A stretch of DNA of 64,000 nt from Candidatus Woesebacteria bacterium RIFCSPHIGHO2_01_FULL_39_23 (lineage in GTDB: Bacteria > Patescibacteriota > Microgenomatia > UBA8517): contig MGGH01000036.1 in NCBI GenBank assembly GCA_001792305.1, forward strand, positions 18,599-82,598. Direction: 5' to 3'. Below are positions 30,557 to 39,349 of this stretch, piece by piece. The notes below the pieces were generated by a model, which worked only from the letters and a program-made list of their open reading frames with translations, had not been told where the DNA came from and made no database searches. The position numbers and the translations under genes are program-made. Positions within the stretch are counted from its first letter, which is position 1, and the number at the start of each line of letters is the position of its first letter.

Positions 30557-31344
30557 ACGGTAATTACGTTCATACCTATTTTATTTAATGGGAAAATGTT
30601 TCTAGCCCTTTCCACTATATGCCTAAGTTTTCTTATCGGCCAGAATCTATAAAATGTCCAATTAACAGAAATAAAAGGTATTAAACCATGTAGTAAATTA
30701 TAAGTAAATTGATCGAACACAACGAAACCAGATCTAATGAGTTTTTGCTTGAGGTTTAAAATAGTTACAAAGTTTTCATTAGATTGTTTTTTCCAGTTAC
30801 TAAAGGGTGCGAAGGTATTTTTAGGGTAAAATTTGAACTTTTCTAATAGTAACTTTAGTATACCCGCTGTATTAAAGTAGTTTGGGTTTGATAAGATCAG
30901 AATTCCTCCTTTTTTAATAACCCTATACATTTCGTTGAAGGCTTTTTGGATATTCAAGAAGTGTTCTGCGGTTTCGATGCATATAATGTAATCAAAAAAA
31001 TTGTCGTTGAAAGGAAGTTTTCCACCTTCCCCAGTAATGAGTTTGGATTTTGGTGAATTATGCCTCGCGACTTTCAAAGCAACATCAGATATATCAACAC
31101 CATGGGTTTTCGCGCCTCTGTCGCTAAGATATTTAAGTAAGTGACCGTGTCCACAACCTATATCCAAAATCTTTTTATTATTAAATTCATTTATGTATTT
31201 ATCTAAAACTTCTTTTCCAAAATCTGATATTACCCCAAAAGGATTGAATGGAGAGATCACAAAATCTTGGCTTTTGTTATAAAAGTTTTTGATTTTGATG
31301 CTGTATTTCAGTGATTCCGAATTAGTATTTTTTTTGAGAAACAT
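30520..31344 (-). CDS. Class I SAM-dependent methyltransferase
   Basis: ILDIGCGHG, GVDIS, LPFNDNFFD, EH..EMYRVIKKGG. Confidence 0.9.
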   Translation of the reverse strand: MFLKKNTNSESLKYSIKIKNFYNKSQDFVISPFNPFGVISDFGKEVLDKYINEFNNKKILDIGCGHGHLLKYLSDRGAKTHGVDISDVALKVARHNSPKSKLITGEGGKLPFNDNFFDYIICIETAEHFLNIQKAFNEMYRVIKKGGILILSNPNYFNTAGILKLLLEKFKFYPKNTFAPFSNWKKQSNENFVTILNLKQKLIRSGFVVFDQFTYNLLHGLIPFISVNWTFYRFWPIRKLRHIVERARNIFPLNKIGMNVITVCQKPKKLISQR

Positions 31345-32362
31345 AGTTTTTACTATCAGTATTGATTGAGAAAGCCATAGCTTCTCTCATTGTCAAAGCT
31401 CTTTTAGGTAATTCCCCGGAATTTACAAGTTTTGCATGCAAAGCCCTGTTTTTTGTTTTGTAATAATAAAACCAAACAGTATAGTAGGTGATCACAAACA
31501 TTGTGTAGAAAATGTAAATATAATCTAGCCGTAGGGCAGCGTACCATATTCTTTTAATGTTAGTTTTTATCCATTTTAACAAAGGCCTATCAAAAAACTC
31601 TGGGTAAATATATGAAAGTTTTGCGTTGCCCTTGGCGTGCCACCTTTTTCTTTTTAAGATATTTTTTAGTGACGACGGATAACTATGGTAAACTTTGATA
31701 TCCTCTGCAATAATAATTTTATACCCCCTATTTATTAATTTAGCTGCGAACTCTCTGTCTTCTGAGGCTCCAATCCTTTCATTAAAACCGCCTAGTTTTT
31801 TAAACACACCTTTTCTTACGAGACAAAAACCGCCACTTAATGTTTTGATATATTCACCATCTTTATAGGATTGATAAGACCTTAAATCTTCCAAAAATTC
31901 ACACCTTTGTAATTGTGACTCGAACTCTTTGGGTTTCAAGAAGTTGGGGTAAATAGAAGCCACAGGATTTTTTGATTCAAGTAGATAAATGTATTTCTTA
32001 AGTTTATAAAACGTTTTATGATTGAATTCCATGTCGGAATCCACAAATAAAATAGTTTTGCCTTTTGCACGCCTAGCGCCAATATTGCGGGCGGCGGCAG
32101 GGCTCAAACCATTATTGCTATAAGTTAAGTGTAATTTTTTTCTAAAGCTTAGTGAAATTTTTTGTTTTTTTAAGGATGTATGTTTTAACGGGCTAACAAC
32201 AGCCACTATTTCCCATTTATATTTAACACTTTGTAATGATTCATAGAGATTGTTAATTAAAACAAGTAACTTTGGAAGGTGCCTGGTATGAACAGGAATA
32301 ACAATCGAAAGATCGTTTGACCCTGGACTATTTATTGTTTGTGTTGTCTTATGATTATTCAT
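31322..32362 (-). CDS. Glycosyltransferase family 2
   Basis: SIVIPVH, AAARNIGA, FVDSD, GGFNE..SEDREF, RW motif. Confidence 0.9.
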   Translation of the reverse strand: MNNHKTTQTINSPGSNDLSIVIPVHTRHLPKLLVLINNLYESLQSVKYKWEIVAVVSPLKHTSLKKQKISLSFRKKLHLTYSNNGLSPAAARNIGARRAKGKTILFVDSDMEFNHKTFYKLKKYIYLLESKNPVASIYPNFLKPKEFESQLQRCEFLEDLRSYQSYKDGEYIKTLSGGFCLVRKGVFKKLGGFNERIGASEDREFAAKLINRGYKIIIAEDIKVYHSYPSSLKNILKRKRWHAKGNAKLSYIYPEFFDRPLLKWIKTNIKRIWYAALRLDYIYIFYTMFVITYYTVWFYYYKTKNRALHAKLVNSGELPKRALTMREAMAFSINTDSKNYVSQKKY

Positions 32363-32366
32363 CGTC

Positions 32367-32529
32367 AAAAAAACCTCCTGTTTTTAAGGAGGTTTGATAA
32401 AACTTAAATCTTAGTTCGCATCAAACCTCCGCCTTGACCCAGTTGGTAAGGCGGAAGTAAATTCTGTGAATTTGAACTTTCTTTGGCATGCGAATGAAAT
32501 TATACCAAAGATACAGTTGATTTTGTCAA
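32367..32529 (-). promoter_or_regulatory. Promoter, 22-codon leader ORF (32421-32489) and attenuator
   Basis: TTGACA-N19-TATAAT with extended TG; leader MPKKVQIHRIYFRLTNWVKAEV; alternative hairpins; terminator AAACCTCC..GGAGGTTT plus U run (32367-32395). Confidence 0.8.
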
Positions 32530-32740
32530 GTAGAGGAAGTAATATACTTCCAAACCGTTTAAGCTTGACTAACATCGAGCAAGGTGAAGGAAGAAAGCCT
32601 TTTGGCAAATAGACCCTTCCGGAGGCGCCCGTAAAAGCGCATTTAATGAAGTTAAATTAAGGGTGGCACCGTCTTGAGCAAAGTCGAGAGACCCCTGTAA
32701 GTTAATGAAAAGTAGTTCGTTAATTTACAGGGTCTTTTTT
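32530..32740 (+). promoter_or_regulatory. T-box riboswitch, probable Asp (GAC) specifier
   Basis: AATTAAGGGTGGCACCGTC T-box, antiterminator partner GACCCCT, terminator 32690-32740, GCGCCCGTAAAAGCGC stem IIA/B-like, GAC at 32612-32614; 5' boundary approximate. Confidence 0.88.
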
Positions 32741-32750
32741 GGAAATAAAT

Positions 32751-33929
32751 ATGACACACTCAAGGGTATCCAAAAGAATTTTAAATTTAAAACCTTCAGC
32801 CACTCTTGCGGTCGACTCTTTAATTAAAGACCTTCAAGAAAAGGGTGAAAAAATAATCAATTTAGGCCTCGGAGAACCTGATTTTGATACGCCTCAGAGC
32901 ATTAAAAATGCAGCTATAAAAGCGATAAAAGATGGTTTTACTCATTATACAAAAGTAGAAGGAATAAAATCTTTAAGAGAAGCCATTGCTAAAAAATTAT
33001 TGGAAGAAAATAAAGTTAAATATATTCCGGAAGAAATAGTTGTAGGGGTTGGCAGCAAGCAGGTACTGTATAACGCTTTCCAAGTAATTTGTAATCCTGG
33101 CGATGAAGTTGTACTAATCTCTCCACTTTGGAATACTTATATCGAACAAATAAAATTAGCAGGTGCAAAACCAGTAGTTTCAAAACTTTCATTTCCATTC
33201 AAGCTAGTACCCCAAGACATTGAAAAAAAGATAACAAGGAAGACAAAAGCAATACTTTTAAATTATCCAAATAATCCGACTGGAATGACAATAGAAAGAA
33301 ATGTGCTAAAGGAAATAGCTAAACTTGCAGTTAATAGAAAAATATTTGTTATAAGCGATGAAATTTACGAGTCGCTTTTATATAGTAAAGTGCACACTTC
33401 TATAGCTTCATGGGGTAAAGAAATTAGAAATTTAACAATAACTATTGGCGGATTTTCTAAGACATATGCAATGACGGGTTGGAGAATTGGTTTTGGGGCA
33501 GGACCCAGAGATTTGATTTCTCCCATAATTTCTTTGCAAGGTCAAACAACTTTTAACACTTCTTCAATTTCTCAAATGGCGGCGCTAGCTGCAATTAAAT
33601 CTGGTCAGAACGACGTTCAAGCTATGCTTAAAGAGTATGAGAAAAGAAGAAATTTTATTTATAAAAGATTATCTAAAATTGAGGGTTTAGATTTGTATCT
33701 TCCTGATGGAGCCTTTTATTTTTTCATTGGTATTAAAAAATATTTGAATAAAAATATTTCTTCATCTAATCAATGGGCGCAAAAACTATTACAAGAAGAA
33801 AAGGTTGCAGTTATACCTGGAGAATCTTTTCTTTACCCTGACTTTTTCCGGATTAGTTTCACAACTTCACTTGAAAATGTTAAAGAAGGGTTAAAAAGAA
33901 TAGAAAGATTTGTTAAAAAATATGCGTAA
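32751..33929 (+). CDS. aspC: Aspartate aminotransferase (class I PLP)
   Basis: GEPDFDTP, NYPNNPTG, SDEIY, FSKTYAMTGWRIG. Confidence 0.88.
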   Translation: MTHSRVSKRILNLKPSATLAVDSLIKDLQEKGEKIINLGLGEPDFDTPQSIKNAAIKAIKDGFTHYTKVEGIKSLREAIAKKLLEENKVKYIPEEIVVGVGSKQVLYNAFQVICNPGDEVVLISPLWNTYIEQIKLAGAKPVVSKLSFPFKLVPQDIEKKITRKTKAILLNYPNNPTGMTIERNVLKEIAKLAVNRKIFVISDEIYESLLYSKVHTSIASWGKEIRNLTITIGGFSKTYAMTGWRIGFGAGPRDLISPIISLQGQTTFNTSSISQMAALAAIKSGQNDVQAMLKEYEKRRNFIYKRLSKIEGLDLYLPDGAFYFFIGIKKYLNKNISSSNQWAQKLLQEEKVAVIPGESFLYPDFFRISFTTSLENVKEGLKRIERFVKKYA

Positions 33930-35427
33930 AATACCGACCACGATGGTTTCGCAACATCCAGATCATGCTAATAAACCATATTGGCATGATAATGAATTTA
34001 TTTCTACTAACAACGAGTCAGTAGAGTGTTTCTTATCTTATTCAGACTTGGGAGTTTCTGAGTATAAATGGGACTGGGAAGGCAAATTGGTTGACGAGTC
34101 AGTTCTGGAAAGGCTTTTAAGTGAGCATTTTGATTATTTTAAAAAGAATCAAATTGGACGGGATATATTTTTAACTTTCCGTCTTCCTAACCCAAAAGTT
34201 GAGACAGAATTTAGACTGGGCAGGGCTTTTATGGGAATCCTTTCTGCTGCACAACTTGCTAAACAAGTTGGGTTACACTTTCCTCCTCTTTTTGAAGTAA
34301 TCCTTCCTATGACGGGGAGTGCGGAGGAGATGATAGAAATTCAAGAGGCTTTTGCTGAAATAGCACAGCTTAAACACAAGCTTTACAATTTTAAAAATGG
34401 GTCATTAAAACACATAGAAGTTATTCCACTCTTTGAGCAAGTTGAAAAAGTCATTGATTCTGACAAAATCTTAAACAACTATGTTAGACTTCATGAGAAA
34501 AAATTTGGATTCACACCCTCTTATATAAGACCTTATGTAGCACGTAGCGATCCTGCCCTTAATTCAGGTATTGTTCCAACGATTCTGGCGATAAAGATTG
34601 CTCTTTCTCGTTATCTTGAATTTTCTCGGAAAACTGGCATTGAATTATATCCAATAATAGGAACAGGGTCACTTCCTTTCCGCGGTGGACTGAATCCAAA
34701 GACAGTTAACGACTTCTTAGAGGAATACAAGGGTATAAGAACTGCGCTTCTGCAGAGTGCATTTCGATACGATTATGGTATGGATGAGGTGAAGAGGGCC
34801 ATAGCCAAACTGGAGAATAAGCTTCCTGAAGCAGAAGCTCTCTCTATTACAAAGACAAAAGAAAAAAACTTAAGGAATGTGATTGCCGCTTTTGAGACTT
34901 TTTATAGAAAAACTATTGAGGGTGTTGCCCCTTTGGTGAATGAGGTAGCGACTCTTCTGCCCAAAAGAAGAGAAAGAGTTCAGCATATTGGACTTTTTGG
35001 ATATTCTCGGGGAGTGGGAAAGGTTAGGTTACCGCGAGCAATTGGTTTCACAGGTGCTTTGTATTCTTTGGGAATTCCGCCAGAGCTGATCGGGACAGGG
35101 AGGGGTTTACGAGAGGCAAGGAAAGTTGGGGTTCTTTCTGAAGTAGAAAAATACTATCAAGGGTTAAGAGGAGATATGATTCGTGCGGGTGCATTTTTAA
35201 ATAAAAGTGTTTTAATGAAACTTGCGAAACAAAATTCTTCCTGGGGAGAAATTTTGGAGGACGTAAGGCACGTTGAAAATTTTCTGGGGAAAGATTTATT
35301 ACCTCGTAATATAGATGAAATGGCACATGGCAAGTTGAGTGAAACCATTTTTGAGAAAGTTAAAAGCGGTGAGTCTAGTATCAGCGAGATTGCTGAGGCT
35401 GCAGCTTTGCGAAAAAGTTTAGGCTAA
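33922..35427 (+). CDS. ppcA: Archaeal-type phosphoenolpyruvate carboxylase
   Basis: MRKIPTTMVSQHPD, WDWEGK, ARSDPALNSG, GSLPFRG, GLFGYSR..LPRAI. Confidence 0.93.
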   Translation: MRKIPTTMVSQHPDHANKPYWHDNEFISTNNESVECFLSYSDLGVSEYKWDWEGKLVDESVLERLLSEHFDYFKKNQIGRDIFLTFRLPNPKVETEFRLGRAFMGILSAAQLAKQVGLHFPPLFEVILPMTGSAEEMIEIQEAFAEIAQLKHKLYNFKNGSLKHIEVIPLFEQVEKVIDSDKILNNYVRLHEKKFGFTPSYIRPYVARSDPALNSGIVPTILAIKIALSRYLEFSRKTGIELYPIIGTGSLPFRGGLNPKTVNDFLEEYKGIRTALLQSAFRYDYGMDEVKRAIAKLENKLPEAEALSITKTKEKNLRNVIAAFETFYRKTIEGVAPLVNEVATLLPKRRERVQHIGLFGYSRGVGKVRLPRAIGFTGALYSLGIPPELIGTGRGLREARKVGVLSEVEKYYQGLRGDMIRAGAFLNKSVLMKLAKQNSSWGEILEDVRHVENFLGKDLLPRNIDEMAHGKLSETIFEKVKSGESSISEIAEAAALRKSLG

Positions 35428-35428
35428 C

Positions 35429-35457
35429 TTGTATATTTAGGTTTAAGAAAATACAAT
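35429..35457 (+). promoter_or_regulatory. Probable internal sigma70 promoter for leaderless aspS
   Basis: TTGTAT-N17-TACAAT, 6 nt before the ATG. Confidence 0.55.
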
Positions 35458-35463
35458 ACGAGT

Positions 35464-37269
35464 ATGGAAAGAACATTAATGACAGAAACTATAGAAAAGA
35501 TCAGCGAGAAGGTCTTGCTTAAAGGTTGGGTAGATACAGTTCGTGACCATGGAAAAATAACCTTTATCGATTTAAGAGACAGAAGTGGAATTGTTCAATG
35601 CGTCGGTCAAAATGTGCCGAAGGTAAGTGTAGAAAGCGTGGTTGAAGTTAAAGGTACTGTTGCCAAACGACCAGAAAAATTAGTTAATAAAAATCTTGAA
35701 ACAGGTGAAGTGGAAGTACAAATTGAAAAACTGGAGGTTATTTCTAAATCTTCCGAATTGCCTATAGACTTGGGTAAAAGTGAACTCGATTTAGAACTAC
35801 CGACTCTTTTAGATTATCGTTCACTGACACTCCGTCATCCAAAAATAAAGGCAATATTTAAGGTTCAAGAGGTTATTATTGATAGTTTCAGACGAGCTTT
35901 AAAGGCAAAAGAATTTGTCGAATTTCAAGCTCCGTCTATTATTTCATCGGCTCCTGAAGGAGGTGCAGAAATTTTCGAAGTTAAGTATTTTGGACACAAA
36001 GCTTATTTGGCGCAAAGTCCGCAGCTTTACAAATCTCTTTTGGTCAGCGTATTTGAGCGAGTTTTTAGTGTTAATAAGGTATTTCGGGCTGAGCCGAGTG
36101 TAACAACGCGGCATTTAACTGAAGTAGTAAGTTTAGACGCAGAATTTGGGTTTATTGACTCGTGGATTGAAATTAAAGATATGGCAGAGTATGTAGTTAA
36201 GTTTATTTTGAAAGAAGTTGAGAAAAATTGCTCTCATGAGCTTGAGATTTTCGGTGCTACGGTGCCTGCCGTATCGGATAAAATTCCATATCTTAAGTTA
36301 AGAGAAGCACAGCAAATTATTTATGAAAGAACGGGTCGTGACGTTCGTCAAGAAAAAGACCCTTCACCAGAAGACGAGCGGGAAATTTGTCGCTGGTCAA
36401 AAGAAGTGCACGGATCCGATCTTGTTTTTATTACTCATTATCCGACCAAATATAGGCCATTTTATACCTATCCCGACCCTGAAGATCCAGAGTATAACCA
36501 GGGGTTTGATCTAATAGGTAGGGGGACTGAATGGATGACAGGAGGAAGAAGGATCCATGATTACAAAACTCTGGTCGAACACGCAAGAAAATGGGGAATA
36601 AACCCCAAAAATATAGGACTTTATCTTCAAGCTTATGAATACGGGATGCCACCGCTTGGGGGATTTGCATTTGGCGCAGAGCGAATTACTATGCATGTTT
36701 TAGGTCTTAAAAATATCCGAGAAGCTTCGCTTTTTCCTCGTGACATGGAACGTGTCGATTCCCTATTTTCGACAATGAAGAACACAAACGTTGATAAGCA
36801 GAAAACTGGTAAATCGGTTTACGAGGCAATACTTGATTTATTAAAAGCAAAGAAAATTGAATATAAGCACTACGAACATAAGCCAGTTTTTACAAGCGAG
36901 GAATCAGCTAAAGTTAGAGGTACAAATATTCACCAGGGGGCAAAAGCATTAGTTTTACAAGCTGGTAAAGAATTTATTTTGTATGTTTTACCAGCAGATT
37001 TTAAAGCCGAATTGGAGGCAATTAGAGAAAAACTTGGAATTGAAAGGCTTGTAATGGCATCAAAAGAAAGTGTTAAAGCAAAGATAGGTCTGGAGATAGG
37101 TTCCGTTCCTCCTTTAGGTTCGGTTATAAATTTGAAGACTCATGTCGACTCTCGACTTTCGGAAAACGAAGAAATTGCTTTTAATGCCGGAAGGCACGAC
37201 AGATCCATCAAGATGAAATACTCTGACTTTATTAAATTAGAGGAGCCAGAGGTAGTGCATCTGACTTAA
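35464..37269 (+). CDS. aspS: Archaeal/non-discriminating-type aspartyl-tRNA synthetase with C-terminal YbaK-like domain
   Basis: OB fold (FIDLRDRSG), LAQSPQLYK, FRAE..RHL.E, GMPPLGGFAFGAER, FPRD; then ~150 aa with AKALVL, GSVPPLG, FNAG. Confidence 0.92.
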   Translation: MERTLMTETIEKISEKVLLKGWVDTVRDHGKITFIDLRDRSGIVQCVGQNVPKVSVESVVEVKGTVAKRPEKLVNKNLETGEVEVQIEKLEVISKSSELPIDLGKSELDLELPTLLDYRSLTLRHPKIKAIFKVQEVIIDSFRRALKAKEFVEFQAPSIISSAPEGGAEIFEVKYFGHKAYLAQSPQLYKSLLVSVFERVFSVNKVFRAEPSVTTRHLTEVVSLDAEFGFIDSWIEIKDMAEYVVKFILKEVEKNCSHELEIFGATVPAVSDKIPYLKLREAQQIIYERTGRDVRQEKDPSPEDEREICRWSKEVHGSDLVFITHYPTKYRPFYTYPDPEDPEYNQGFDLIGRGTEWMTGGRRIHDYKTLVEHARKWGINPKNIGLYLQAYEYGMPPLGGFAFGAERITMHVLGLKNIREASLFPRDMERVDSLFSTMKNTNVDKQKTGKSVYEAILDLLKAKKIEYKHYEHKPVFTSEESAKVRGTNIHQGAKALVLQAGKEFILYVLPADFKAELEAIREKLGIERLVMASKESVKAKIGLEIGSVPPLGSVINLKTHVDSRLSENEEIAFNAGRHDRSIKMKYSDFIKLEEPEVVHLT

Positions 37270-37367
37270 ATAATGTATATCATTTAAGTCACGGATATTA
37301 AGATTTTTAGAACCGGAGTTTCTACTTGTTATTTTAAATCTCCGAATTTAAACTTTGAGATACGATT

Positions 37368-38273
37368 ATGAAACTTATGATCCTATCTGCTTGTGTATTT
37401 TTAATTGTCAGTTTGTTTAGTTTGACATTGTCATTTGAGAAAGCCAAAAGACAGACCTTCCACGAGCCGCAAAAAGTATTGGCTTATAATACTTCATCTA
37501 AAATTATTCCTCTTTTGAAAAATGACGCAGTTCCTCCTGTTGTATCAGCCCAAGGAGCACTTGCTGTTGACCTTGATACAGGAGTTTCTTTATACCAAAA
37601 AGACGCAGACAAAAAACTATTTCCAGCTTCAACTACAAAAATAATGACGGCATTAATTGCTTTGGAAAATTATTCTTTAGATGAAGCCTTGGAAGTAAAA
37701 AGATCCGGTGTAGAAGGTCAAAAAATGAGACTTATTTTAGGCGAGCGAATGAAAGTGGAAAATTTACTTAATGGTTTGCTTATTTTTAGTGCTAATGACG
37801 CAGCAGAGGTGTTTGCAGACAATTTCCCTGAAGGAAGAGAAAGTTATGTCGATCAAATGAATAAATTAGCTAGGAAACTAAACCTGGCTGATACCAGGTT
37901 TGAAAACCCGACGGGACTTGACGGGAATAGTCAGGTTACAAGTGCAAGAGATATGATAAGACTTACCTCGTATGCTATGAAAAACCCGATTTTCAGGAGA
38001 ATTGTATCTACCAAAGAGTTAACTGTATATAACATTGAGGGTACAATACCCCATAAACTTAAAAATCTTAACGAACTTTTAGGAGAAGTTGAGGGTGTGG
38101 TGGGTGTAAAAACCGGATGGACTGAAAATGCCCGCGAGAACCTTGTAACTTATGTTGAAAGGGACGATAGGCGAATTGCCATGGTACTTTTGGGTAGTCA
38201 AGACAGGTTTGGTGAAACAAAAGAACTGATTGAATGGATATTCAGTGAATATGATTGGGTTTACTCCCCGTAA
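37368..38273 (+). CDS. D-alanyl-D-alanine carboxypeptidase (peptidase S11)
   Basis: PASTTK, SAN, KTG motifs. Confidence 0.93.
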   Translation: MKLMILSACVFLIVSLFSLTLSFEKAKRQTFHEPQKVLAYNTSSKIIPLLKNDAVPPVVSAQGALAVDLDTGVSLYQKDADKKLFPASTTKIMTALIALENYSLDEALEVKRSGVEGQKMRLILGERMKVENLLNGLLIFSANDAAEVFADNFPEGRESYVDQMNKLARKLNLADTRFENPTGLDGNSQVTSARDMIRLTSYAMKNPIFRRIVSTKELTVYNIEGTIPHKLKNLNELLGEVEGVVGVKTGWTENARENLVTYVERDDRRIAMVLLGSQDRFGETKELIEWIFSEYDWVYSP

Positions 38274-39307
38274 TATTCACTCGTTATTGCCGGTACATAT
38301 GCCATGAAGTTTTTATCACCCTCAAAAACGACTATTGGCTGGTAGAAGTCTGTCGGGAAACCGGCGTCGTAATATGCCATATAGACCTTTCGTATCGATA
38401 CCGTACCTTCAAAATTTTGGCCAATTGAAGCGATATATCCTTGAGAGTTTTTTAGTTCCTCGAACGACTGTGTGGAAGACTTTAGTGGATATGTAGTAAA
38501 TTTTTCTTTGTCTACAGGAAAATACAAGTTTTCGCCAGCAAGCACCTGATCGCGACCGCCAGAACCTGACAGAATCAGCCAGACATTAGCTTGGTTTGGG
38601 AAAGGGGTAAGGCTGGGTAGTTTATCATATGGTTCTCTAAAAAGATTAACTTTAATGAGGTTTGCTTCGGATAAAGACACAACAGAAACAAGATCTTTTT
38701 TCTCAACTCGCAGTAATTCGTGTGTGGAATCACCTCTTCCTATATCATCGGAAAGCACATTTGCAGCCGCAAGTATTGCTTTTGCGCGAGGAATGGCAAC
38801 TTCAGGCGCAGGAGGTCTGTTTTCAAGCGGATTTAAAAATCCTTCCAGATCATAACTAATTGAAAATATTTTTGTAGCGATATTTATCTCGAGTTGGGAG
38901 GGAAGTGAAGGGTGAGAAAATCTGTATACAGTTTGCGATACACGGAACGGGTCAGTGTTAAACCCCAAAAGGTTAGCTGTAATTCGTGATCTTTCCAATG
39001 AGTAAAGCGTTATAGTACTTTTGGGCATAAAAAATACTTTACCTTGGTCAGGGAACTTTGGCAGCTCTCCATCTATGGTTTCAAGTTTGTATTCAAACTT
39101 TGGTAGTCCTTCAACATTCGGGAAAGGAAGTGCCGGAAGTTTACCAAAAGCAACGGCTGGTTTTGGAGTTGGTTCCGGAACTAAAGATCTATAAATTCTT
39201 CCAGCTATTCCTAAAAATGTTCTTCCAAATATGATAAGAAGGATTAAGATTACAGAAAGTTTGATCGTTGTTCGTGTAGCTATAGCAATACGGGTTAACT
39301 TTGTCAT
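38261..39307 (-). CDS. Hypothetical membrane-anchored exported protein
   Basis: N-terminal TM, FGKLP, C-terminal YQPIVVF..AYVPAI; start probably ATG 39307. Confidence 0.75.
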   Translation of the reverse strand: MTKLTRIAIATRTTIKLSVILILLIIFGRTFLGIAGRIYRSLVPEPTPKPAVAFGKLPALPFPNVEGLPKFEYKLETIDGELPKFPDQGKVFFMPKSTITLYSLERSRITANLLGFNTDPFRVSQTVYRFSHPSLPSQLEINIATKIFSISYDLEGFLNPLENRPPAPEVAIPRAKAILAAANVLSDDIGRGDSTHELLRVEKKDLVSVVSLSEANLIKVNLFREPYDKLPSLTPFPNQANVWLILSGSGGRDQVLAGENLYFPVDKEKFTTYPLKSSTQSFEELKNSQGYIASIGQNFEGTVSIRKVYMAYYDAGFPTDFYQPIVVFEGDKNFMAYVPAITSEYYGE

Positions 39308-39349
39308 GCTTTGAGTATAGCTTTCCTTGGTGTTAGAATTCAATTGTAA

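Noticed and set aside
32411-32608. 65-aa ORF between the divergent operons
   Set aside because: Overlaps the T-box and the promoter; the 22-codon leader in another frame explains the region better
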